Shown here: in pieces, positions 31,915-52,064 of the stretch | Numbering within the stretch: position 1 is the stretch's first letter | Layout: each line of letters starts with the position of its first letter | DNA from: Eledone cirrhosa | Lineage: Eukaryota | Length of the DNA stretch: 64,000 nucleotides | NCBI GenBank assembly: GCA_964016885.1 | Contig: OZ024751.1 | Coordinates: forward strand, 13,020,001-13,084,000 | Direction: 5' to 3' | Made by a program: the position numbers and the translations under genes | The notes under the pieces: model-generated | What the model saw: only the letters and a program-made list of their open reading frames with translations | The model's database searches: none | Told to the model about the DNA's origin: nothing

Positions 31915-32160
31915 GTTTGTTTGGGTGTTGTTGTTATTCCATTCATTCTTTCTGTTTAGCCTTGGCCTTCTGAGTTCTATTTCACTGGCCTCTCTGATTT
32001 GCCTATCTGCTGGGTCATTTCTATGTTTAGATATTATTCTAATGTCTATGTTGTCTACCGTCGTGTTGTTGTCTGGCATGTTCGTATAGTACTGACCCGT
32101 TTTTTCGTCCTTTTAGTTCCCCCCAGTGTTGGTCTATCCTTTCACCTAGGCATATGTTAT
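31915..32160 (-). pseudogene. Penelope-like GIY-YIG endonuclease C-terminal fragment (frameshifted)
   Basis: ORF track gives [31 protein letters not shown] and [39 protein letters not shown]; DNA homologous to 23900-24085. Confidence 0.7.
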
Positions 32161-32275
32161 GTATATATATATATACATATACATATACATACACACATAT
32201 ATATATATATATACATATATATACATATACATACACACATATATATATATATATATATACATATATATACATACG

Positions 32276-32317
<42 letters not shown>

Positions 32318-32508
32318 TATATATATACACACAGATATATATATATATATATATATAAAATATATATACACAGATATATATATATATATATACTCAGATA
32401 TATATATACATACAGATATGTATATGTATATACACAGATATATATATACATACAGATATATATATTATATATATACACAGATATATATATATATATATAT
32501 ATGCACAG

Positions 32509-32625
<117 letters not shown>

Positions 32626-32682
32626 TATATATATATATATATATATATACAGATATATATATATATATACACAGATATATAC

Positions 32683-32717
<35 letters not shown>

Positions 32718-32786
32718 TATATATATATATATACACAGATATTTATATATATATATATATATACACAGATATTTATATACATACAC

Positions 32787-32822
<36 letters not shown>

Positions 32823-33199
32823 GGAAAAAATGAAACGAAATTTCATTTCCCACTCTTATATGTATATATATATAGTGGCTGCCAACTCGTTTTCGAGTAC
32901 GGCCACTACTTTATATCTATGTAGGAGAACCCCTACCGATGCGCTAAACAAGTGTGACTTTTTAGTCTAGCCAGGGACTTGAAAAACTCTGGTACAAACA
33001 CTACACTTGTGACAATTATTGACACATAGTGCTGAGCCCATGGTACCATGTGACGACAAGTGCAGAGAGATCTCCAGCTATAAAGCAATGCCTGTGCGTG
33101 AAGCTTTTATAGTGAGCCAAGGCACTGCACAAAGCCAGTCCCACTCTCTTAACCAAGATTATATTTACCAAAAAGAAGAACAAGTCAACATCATTGGAT

Positions 33200-33490
33200 A
33201 CGATCAGAGTTGCAGGTGTTATATCAGAGTTTTCCTTCTCCTAGAATTCTGCCTTGACAAAGGCTAAGGGGCATCTCTCCCGGTGATTTTGGATGGCCAA
33301 TGACTCTTAAGAGCTCATTTGCCCTTTGACAGGTTTTGTTTTTAGTCCTTCAGGATGTCCAAACATACCCTCCTCACCAAGAAACCTTGGTGGGGTTGCA
33401 AGTTTAGTCGCCAATGACCCGACATGAGACAGGTTGTACTGGGATACATGTTACCAGTAGCATCAACTGGTGACATGACATGTCATATAT
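33200..33490 (-). mobile_element. Possible 5' UTR fragment of an RTE-type LINE
   Basis: Minus strand has TAGCCTTTGTCAAGGCAGAATTCTAGGAGAAGGAAAACTCTG, resembling a motif I recall from RTE-clade 5' regions; not verified. Confidence 0.35.
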
Positions 33491-33826
33491 ATATATATAT
33501 ATATACATATATACATATATACATATATATATACATATATACATACACATATATATATACATATATACATACACATATATAGTTACATATATATATATAC
33601 ATATATATATATACATATATACATATATACATATATATATATACATATATACATATATATATATACATATATACATATATACATATATACATATATATAC
33701 ATATATACATATATACATATACATATATATATATACATATATATATATACATATATATATATACATATATATGTATACATACACACATATATATATATAT
33801 ACATACACACATATATATATATACAT

Positions 33827-33939
<113 letters not shown>

Positions 33940-33969
33940 TATATATATATATACACATATATATATATA

Positions 33970-34350
33970 TGTCTTCACAGAACTTATGTTTACCGAATTC
34001 GCAGACCAGACCCCTTCTTCTTCCTCCCGTTAGACCTGTGCGAAATTCCTTCCTTACTCACATTTCAACAGGTCTGATGGTCTTTATTCTCTAGTTCACG
34101 ATTTTATCGAGTTTATATTCATAGAAATCTGGGACTTGTCTCTTCCTCTCACTTTCTGTTGCTTAAACCATTTTGTTTGTTCACCCTAACGTTCTCTTTA
34201 TTTACGTGTCCCAACGACTTTTTTTAGCCGTTGTTCGCACCAACCTGAGGCATATGGCCCTTAAAGCGATGAATGCCTGGGACGGTTGGAGGGTCACTGA
34301 TGAAGGACTCACTTTTTTATATGTAACCCATTTGCAACGCCGCAGCTCCA
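33970..34350 (+). mobile_element. Family K copy
   Basis: Collinear with 2060-2410, then with 1781-1806 (GTAACCCATT.GCAAC). Confidence 0.7.
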
Positions 34351-34355
34351 TTATT

Positions 34356-34652
<297 letters not shown>

Positions 34653-34839
34653 TGGTAAACGGAATAGAAAATGCTGACAAATTGTTCACAGTTGAAAAAT
34701 GGTTTAATTAGGAATAAAAGAGTATTAGTGATTGTATGGGTTAGTATTCAGTTGTGGTTTTAAGTTTTTAAGTTTTTAATGGTTGCGCATTTCTAAATGT
34801 TTTTCAAAAATAATTTTGAGATAGAGTGTCCGTGCTGTT

Positions 34840-37636
<2,797 letters not shown>

Positions 37637-37926
37637 TATTAATAAGAGGAATTCCAACTTTGGCTGATTTACTCGTTTTATTTACAATCCTTTAAAATAT
37701 ATAATGGTATTATAAGGAAATAGTATGATAGAATATTAAATTCCAAGTGTTAATTGAACATAATGAAATAGAATTTAATATTCTATCATACTATTTCATT
37801 CTAATACCATTATATATTTTAAAGGATTGTAAATAAAACGAGTAAATCAGACAAAGTTTGAATTCCTCTTATTAATATGATCTTCTATACACAATCATAC
37901 ACACCCGTGTATATTTACCTATCTGT
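37637..37926 (+). mobile_element. Fold-back mini-element, family F
   Basis: Arms 37637-37743 and 37771-37877 with few mismatches, 27-nt spacer, ~50-nt tail, (TA)n on both sides. Confidence 0.65.
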
Positions 37927-37953
37927 ATATATATATATATGTATATATATATG

Positions 37954-38140
<187 letters not shown>

Positions 38141-38308
38141 GTTAAAGATGTACATCCACATATGTATACTGAAATACTAGTATGCATATGAATACACACA
38201 CGTATACATATGTAGATGTACCGAGTTTTTCACTGGTCACTTTACTGTGAGTGTCCAGCTATTCTGTATGTAAACACACAGACAAACCGGTTTTCAGAGT
38301 CATACTGG

Positions 38309-42769
<4,461 letters not shown>

Positions 42770-42775
<6 letters not shown>

Positions 42776-43596
42776 AAAAGTGATGAAATCGAAAATGCAA
42801 CTGGAGTTTTATTTTTTTTTTAAATATATATATTTATATGGTTCCTTTACCGGTTTCGCAGTTCTTCTGCTTTTCGAAAGGTGGTTTTTCTCACATCTGG
42901 TTGGTCTATGAATATTACTTGTTTTATATGGAAAAAGTGGCTCGAAATGCCAGGTTTTTCGAGAAGTAATTTGATTGGTTTGTCAACAATTATAATAAAT
43001 TTCGCGCCAGTTCGCGTTACAATAGTTCTTCAAATAAGAGAGTGGGGGGGGGGGGGTTGTCACAGGTTGTTTTTTCATATATGAGTGTTTGAATTTCTTT
43101 TTATTTGAAAAAAGGAGGCTCACGAAGGCTTTTTTTTGGTTGGTTATAAATGAAATTTGGCTGTCACGTGAACAAGTTTTCATTACATTTTTGCGCCCTT
43201 ATTTGGAAAACTATTCTGTAGTCTTTATAATGAATGTTATGACAATGGAGAAATAGTGGTCAAGAGTACTGGCGCGAAATTTATTATAATTATTGACAAA
43301 CCAATCAACTTACTTCTCGAAAAACCTGGCATTTCGAGCCACTTTTTCCATATAAAACAAGTAACGTTCAGAGACCAACCAAATGTGAGAAAAACCACAG
43401 ACCCTCCATCTCAACTCACCTTTTGAAAAACAGAAGAACTGCGAAACCGGTAAAGGAACCAAATAAATATATATATTTTTAAAAAAAATAAGACTCTTGT
43501 TGCATTTTCGCTTTTATCACTTTTTCTTTATACTTTCACTCATGTAGGATACCTCGGTTATTTTTTATTTTGTAAAAAAAAACCCTCACTTTCTGA
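42770..43596 (+). mobile_element. Fold-back element, family G, with core-variant hammerhead
   Basis: Arms 42770-43011 and 43268-43531; motif CCTT-T(C/T)GAAAA-(G/A)CAG-AAGAA-CTGC-GAAA-CCGG-TA-AAGG in both arms; ~65-nt tail. Confidence 0.7.
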
Positions 43597-43671
43597 TATA
43601 TATATATATATATATACATACACAGATATATATATATACATACACAGATATATATATATATATATACACAG

Positions 43672-43704
<33 letters not shown>

Positions 43705-43813
43705 GATATATATATATATATATATATATACAGATATATATATATACACAGATATATATATATATACATATATATACAGATATATATATACACAGATATA
43801 TATATATATACAT

Positions 43814-43856
<43 letters not shown>

Positions 43857-44021
43857 CACACATATATATATATATATATACACAGATATATATTTATACA
43901 TACATAGATATATATAGATATATACATACACAGATATATATATATATATATATATATATACACTTACATAGACACACACAGATATATATATATATATACA
44001 CTTACATAGACACACACAGAT

Positions 44022-44090
<69 letters not shown>

Positions 44091-44575
44091 CATATATATA
44101 CATTTACATATATATGTACATATATATACATATACATATATATACATATACATATATATATACATATATATATACATATACATATATATACCTATACTTA
44201 TATATACATATACATATATATACATATATATACATATACATATATATATACATATATATACATATATATATATATATACATATACATACATATATATATA
44301 TATATACATACATACACAGATATATATATATATACATACATACACAGATATATATATATATATATACATACACAGATATATATATATATATATATACATA
44401 CATAGATATATATATATACATACATACACAGATATATATATATATATACATACACAGATATATATATATATATATATATACATACATAGATATATAGATA
44501 TATATATACATACACAGATATATATATATATATATACATACACAGATATATATATATATATATATATACATACAC

Positions 44576-44610
<35 letters not shown>

Positions 44611-44625
44611 CACATATATATATAC

Positions 44626-44702
<77 letters not shown>

Positions 44703-44727
44703 CATATATATACATATATATATATAT

Positions 44728-44762
<35 letters not shown>

Positions 44763-44785
44763 CATATATACATATATATACATAT

Positions 44786-44838
<53 letters not shown>

Positions 44839-44850
44839 CATATATACATG

Positions 44851-45984
44851 TACGATATAAAACAAATGGAAACTACATTTATAAAACCATATTTATTTCA
44901 TTATATATATTTCAGGGATATCATATTAAAAATATGGTATGCCCTCTTCAGATAAAATACAATATATAAACAGTTTTATAAATAAATAAATTTGACGTAC
45001 CTTAGAATTTTACAACTTCCATTTAAAAAGTTGTTATGGTAGTGAAAATGTTAAGGACGGTTAGAAAGAAAGACGGAGAAAAAAGAAAAAGAAAAAAGAA
45101 AAAGAAGGAGAAAAAAAAAGGAGAAAAGGAAAAGAAAGAGCGGAAGGTGAAGAAGATGAAGAAATGTATGTAAAGAGAAAACCACCAAATGAGAGATTAA
45201 TGAGGGAAGGGGGTACTGTAATTATTTATTTATTTATTTATTTATTTAGTGTTAAGGATACGGGGAGAAATAAAAACAAAAATAAATAAGGAGAGGTAGA
45301 TCGAGTAATATCTATTATACGAGGTGGGAGAGATAGGGGAGGGGTGATATACAGGAGATGGAGTTAAAACAGCCGATACAAGTATAGAACGATAATCATG
45401 TAAGAAAGGGCAAGAATATTATTATTATTAATAATGTATATTTTATGTATATATATATGTATGTACACATATATGTATGGTAAATTCTTTTTTAACGCAA
45501 TGAAGATTTTCATGTGAAATAAAAATTTACAGAGCTGATCATGTAAACTCACATGTGTCTATAATGTCAATTTGAGATAACCTTCTCTTTTTCTTTCTCT
45601 TTTCTCTTTTTTCATGAAAATACATATATACTTATGTATTTCAGTATTTTTTGAAGTTTTATCTCAGATTTTGATTATAAACCTATGAATTTTTAAACTA
45701 AACATATAGTCATTATTTTTTCACACATTATTGATATGTGTCTCATTCATGAATATTGATATTTACATTATAATTAATAGGAATTGATAGACTGATGAAA
45801 CATAATATTTTAAAACTATCATTTTTGTTTCTAGGTATATCTCCTCTCCTCCTCCCTCTATACTTGTATCGGCTGTTTTAACTCTATCTCCTGTATATCA
45901 CCCCTCCCCTATCTCTCCCACCTCGTATAATAGATATTACTCGATCTACCTCTCCTTATTTATTTCTCCCCGTATCCTTAACAC

Positions 45985-46017
<33 letters not shown>

Positions 46018-46475
46018 ACAGTACCCCCTTCCCTCATTAATCTCTCATTTGGTGGTTTTCTCTTTACATACATTTCTTCATCTTCTTCACATTCCGCTCT
46101 TTCTTTTTTCTTTTCTCCTATTTTTTTCTCCTTCTTTTTCTTTTTTCTTTTTCTTTTTTCTCCGTCTTTCTTTCTAACCGTCCTTAACATTTTCACTTCC
46201 ATAACAACTTTTTAAATGGAAGTTGTAAAATTCTAAGGTATGTCAAATTTATTTATTTATAAAACTGTTTATATATTGTATTTTATCTGAAGAGGGCATA
46301 CCATATTTTTAATATGATATCCCTGAAATATATATAATGAAATAAATATGGTTTTATAAATGTAGTTTCCATTTGTTTTATATCGTAAAATACTCCAAAA
46401 CCTGTTGAGTGCTTTTATATCAGTTATAAAATATTTACTCGTTGTAACCCAACAATTTTAATTAAAACTTTTGCA
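44851..46475 (+). mobile_element. Long fold-back element, family E
   Basis: Arms 44851-45388 and 45857-46387 (~535 bp, highly similar); CTGAAGA-GGG...CCC-T-GAAA-TATA motif at ~46287-46335; tail as at 31721-31809. Confidence 0.8.
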
Positions 46476-46527
46476 TATATACATGTATATATACATATAA
46501 ACATATATACATATATATACATATACA

Positions 46528-46560
<33 letters not shown>

Positions 46561-46734
46561 CATATAAACATATATACATATATATACATATACAATATAT
46601 ATATATATAGATATATATAGATATATATACATATATATATACATATATATATATATACATATATATATATATGCATATATACATATATATATATATATAT
46701 GTATATATATATGTATCTATATATATATGTATGT

Positions 46735-46794
<60 letters not shown>

Positions 46795-46796
46795 GT

Positions 46797-46874
<78 letters not shown>

Positions 46875-46875
46875 G

Positions 46876-46920
<45 letters not shown>

Positions 46921-46939
46921 GTATATATACATATATATG

Positions 46940-46970
<31 letters not shown>

Positions 46971-47394
46971 GTATATATACATATATATGTATATATATAT
47001 ATATGTATATATATATATGTATATATACATATATATGCATATATATATATGTATATATACATATATATGCATATATATATATATATACATATATACATAT
47101 ATACATATATATACATATATACATATATATACATATATACATATATACATATACATATATATATACACATATATGTATATACATATATATATACACATAT
47201 ATGTATATACATATATATATATATACACATATACATACATATATATATAGATACATATATATATACATATATATATATATACATATATATATACATATAT
47301 ATATATATACATATATATATACATATATATATATATACATATATATATACATATATATATATATACATATATATATACATATATATATATATAT

Positions 47395-47560
47395 TTCGTT
47401 TCTGAATTTGTTTAGCAAGATTCTTTATCTGAAATCGTGTGTTGAAACCGATATTGTTATACTTTGCGAGGGTCATGTTGCCAATAAGAAACACACGCAC
47501 CAGTTGCTTCCACTTCAATTTATTATATATTTATAAATTTATAAATTTATAAATTTACAA
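47395..47560 (-). mobile_element. Family H pLTR 3' end with tail, fused to the PLE RT fragment
   Basis: Reverse complement of ~50920-51082 and ~61975-62142. Confidence 0.85.
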
Positions 47561-49230
47561 ATAAGTCTACTGTCCCACCATACCATGAATAAGTTAGCTA
47601 TGTCGCCTGCAATGCTAACACAAATGGCTGCTCCTTCCTCTTGGGCATATGTTTTTCCATTAAATTTGAACATATGCTCCTTAAGGGTTAATTTTATGCT
47701 GGCCCCTACCGCATGTGCAATCATTTTCTTCAGTTCATCGTGGTTTTCGGGTCTCCGTATGGCTCTGGTCCACCCGTTCCATCTATCTGTGTGGGTTTTC
47801 TTGGCCATTGAGGTAATGGTAGGTGGTCTGCCTCTTGCTGGTCTTGTAGGGCACAGGTTGCTAAGGTCATAAGTGTCTAGGTAACTATTACTATGGGTAA
47901 GCTTAAGTAGAAGTCCCAGCACACTGGTATCAATCCCACGGAACTCAACCTTGCTCTCGCTGATCATTTCTACGCATTTCTCCACAGCAAAATCCACGTC
48001 AATAGATGGATACAGGGACACAACATCCATACTGCCTATTATGCAGTTTGTTAGGTCCCCAGATCGGTTACTCACGCCGATTCTGCTGAGGAGGTCCTTC
48101 GTGCTGTCACATACGTCTGGGGACATCTCAATGATGGGGCGTATGATCAGGGAGAGGAAGTAGGACAGTCTGTAGTTACTAGCAATGTTAGCTCCACAGA
48201 CTGGCCGTGTTGGTGGTCCTGCGACAGGGTCACAGCCCGTTTTATGGTCTTTTCAAAGCCCATACAACGCCGGCACGTCATTGTTTCAGGCCTGGAAGTT
48301 GTTGGCTGTCCTTTTGTTGGGCTGCATTATATTCGTCCACATCACCATATGGGCATTGAGGGCTTTTTCTCTATCCTCATGCTCCTGTGGTGTTACCTCT
48401 CTTGTGTTAGTGATGTGGGGTTGCATTGCCTGGATGTAGTTTGGCAAGCTGTCAACCGACATTCTGCCAGACTTGTCTGTTGGAAAGCATGCTATCTCTC
48501 CATTAGGTGAGCGCTGCATGAGCTTACGCAAGCCATTTGCAGATTTTTCTCCCAGTTGCTGGGCCTCTATTCTATTATGCTTCTTGCTATACTGTTCTAT
48601 AATATTTCTAAGTTCGGATTTAGCTATACTAAATTGTGCTTCTGTTTGTTCATCGACCTGCGACGGCAACTGCGTGCGTTTGTTAAATGGTAAAGTCGTG
48701 GCGTGGACTCGTCGCAGGTCGAATGATTTATCGGAGGGATTATAAAACGGAGAGTTCCAGGCTGCTGCTTTATGAGTACTAGTACTATTGTTATTGTTAG
48801 TTGTGTTGTTTCTATTTCTATTTCCACCAACAGCCTCATGGTTGTTTCTATGTCTCTCATAATTACTCCTGTCTCTTTCCACTGGCTCAATGTTGTTATC
48901 TACCCTATTTTGTGTGTCTGTGTGTTCGTCTTGGTTATTCTCTTTGTCCTTAGTCTCCCATCTCCTTTTCCTTTTAATCTTATTACTTTCCCTTATTTCT
49001 CTGATTTCTGTGCTACTGTCATTACTTGTTTTCTGTGTCTGTGTGTTTGTTAAGATTGTGGTGGTGGTGAGAGGCATTGAATGCGTGTGTGTTGTTGTTG
49101 TTGATGTGTACTGTTGTTGATGTGTGTTGTTGTTGTCTCCGTGTGTGTTATCGTTGTTGTGTGTGTTGTTATTGTTGTTTGTGTCTGCGTGTCTGTTGTT
49201 GTTGTTTCTGGGTATGTTGCTATTGTTGTT
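47561..49230 (-). pseudogene. Penelope-like reverse transcriptase, truncated before the catalytic DD motif
   Basis: ORFs 48286-49296 and 47539-48126 are in one frame with two TGA stops; motifs PTDKSGR, LYGL*KDHK, RPVCGA, SMDVVSLYPSI, FKFNGKTYAQEEGAA, ANLFM; low-complexity N/T-rich N-terminus. Confidence 0.88.
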
Positions 49231-49291
49231 GTATATATATATACATATATATACATACACATATATGTATATATATATATTTATGTTTTTC

Positions 49292-49336
<45 letters not shown>

Positions 49337-49654
49337 ATGTATATATATATACATACACATATATATAAACATATATATATTCATACACATATATATATAT
49401 ACATATATATACATATATATATACATATATATACATATATATATACATATATATACATACACATATATATATATACATATATATACATACACATATATAT
49501 ACATATATATACATACACATATATATACATATATATACATACACATATATATACATATATATATATATACATATATATACATACATATATATATACATAT
49601 ATATACATACATATATATATACATATATATACATACATATATATATACATATAT

Positions 49655-49711
<57 letters not shown>

Positions 49712-49725
49712 TATACATATATATA

Positions 49726-49757
<32 letters not shown>

Positions 49758-49781
49758 CATACACAGATATATATATATACG

Positions 49782-49870
49782 CCAATTTATAAATATATAA
49801 TAAATTGAAGTGAAGGCAACTGGTGCGTGTGTTTCTTATTGGCAACATGACCCTCCCAAAGTATAACAAC
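49782..49870 (+). mobile_element. Family H pLTR end without tail
   Basis: AATTGAAGTGAAGGCAACTGGTGCGTGTG...CCCTCCCAAAGTATAACAA followed directly by (TA)n. Confidence 0.8.
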
Positions 49871-50248
49871 ATATATATATATATACATATATACATATAT
49901 ATACACATATATATATACATATATATATATATATACATATATATACACATATATATATATATATATACATATATATACACATATATATATATATATACAT
50001 ATATACATATATATACACATATATATATATACACATATATACATATATACATATATACATATATACATATATACATATATATATATACATATATACACAT
50101 ATATATATATACATATATACATATATATATACATATATATATACATATATATATATACATATATATATACACATATATACATATATATACACATATATAT
50201 ATACATATATACATATATATACACATATATATATACATATATACATAT

Positions 50249-50293
<45 letters not shown>

Positions 50294-50444
50294 CATATAT
50301 ATATACATATGTATATATATACATATATATATATACATATATATACATACACAGATATATATAAATATATATAAATATACATACTCATATGTATATATAT
50401 ACATATATATATATACATACACATATATATATATACATATATAT

Positions 50445-51082
50445 GTTGGTAGAGTACAGATAAATTAGAGAACATAGAAATAAAAATAGAATCTACACAC
50501 AGAAAAGATGCAATGTTTAGACAAATTACAGAGGCAATAAACATAAAAGAATTACAACCAAAATTAAATAGAAAATATGAGTGGAACAGCAACATCACAA
50601 CTTACAATTAAGGACAAAATGAAAACACACACACACATAGAACAAACAACCAACCAATAACATGTAAATAAATAAATAAATAAATAAACAAATAGATAAA
50701 TGAACATAAACACACACAGACACCCGGATGTGGGGCATGCGCAAACTGAGCACACAACACACACACAGAAACAAAATGGCGTAGGACAGAACAAAGGAGA
50801 GGCACAAAAACAAAGAAAGGAATCCACAGTCACTGAAGAGGTCACAGAGTGTGTGACGAAAGGACTATGACTATATATAAACAACTATCTGGTTGTGGAA
50901 CCAACCAACCAACCAGAAATTTATAAATTTATAAATTTATCAATATATAATAAATTGAAGTGAAAGCAACTGGTGCGTGTGTTTCTTATTGGCAACATGA
51001 CCCTCCCAAAGTATAACAATATCGGTTTCAACACACGATTTCAGATAAAGAATCTTGCTAAACAAATTCAGAAACGAAATAT
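50445..51082 (+). mobile_element. Penelope-like 3' end: GIY-YIG tail, hammerhead, pLTR end and tail (family H)
   Basis: Plus frame reads [44 protein letters not shown]; hammerhead motif at 50828-50872. Confidence 0.85.
50828..50872 (+). ncRNA. Minimal type I hammerhead ribozyme motif
   Basis: AGTCA-CTGAAGA-G-GTCACA-GAGTG-TGTGAC-GAAA-GGAC-TA-TGACT: 5-bp stem I, 6-bp stem II, minimal stem III. Confidence 0.8.
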
Positions 51083-51086
51083 ATAC

Positions 51087-51139
<53 letters not shown>

Positions 51140-51222
51140 CATATATACATATATATATATATATACATATATATACATATATATATACATATATATATAC
51201 ATATATATATACATATATATAC

Positions 51223-51268
<46 letters not shown>

Positions 51269-51404
51269 ATACATATATATATACATATACATATATATAT
51301 ATATACATATACATATATACATATACATATATACATATATATACATATATATACATATATATATATATACACATATATATACATATATATATATATACAT
51401 ATAC

Positions 51405-51462
<58 letters not shown>

Positions 51463-52064
51463 ATATATACATATACATATATATATATATACATATACAT
51501 ATATATATACATATATATACATATATATACATATATATATACAAATATATACATATATATATACATGCACATATATATACATATATATACATACACATAT
51601 ATACATATATATACATACACATATATATATATATACATATATATACATACACATATATATATATACATATATATACATACACATATATATATACATATAT
51701 ATACATACACATATATATATATATATATATACATACACATATATATATATATATACATATATATACACACATATATATATATATATATACATATATATAC
51801 ACACATATATATATATATATACATATATATACACACATATATATATATATATACATATATATACACACATATATATATATATATACATATATATACATAC
51901 ACATATATATATATATACATATATATACATACACATATATATATATATACATATATATACATACATGTATATAGATATACATATATATACATACATGTAT
52001 ATAGATATATATACATATATATACATACATACATATATATATATATATACATACATATATATAT

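Noticed and set aside
44851-46387. Classifying the long inverted repeats as MITE or DNA-transposon TIRs
   Set aside because: The one-sided conserved tail, variable arm length, hammerhead-like motifs and linkage of same-layout families to PLE coding remnants fit inverted pLTRs better, though target-site duplications cannot be assessed within (TA)n.
48253-48288. In-frame TGA codons as selenocysteine recoding in the PLE ORF
   Set aside because: The positions are not evidently Cys-homologous, no SECIS was recognised, the copy is truncated, and CGA-to-TGA mutation is simpler.
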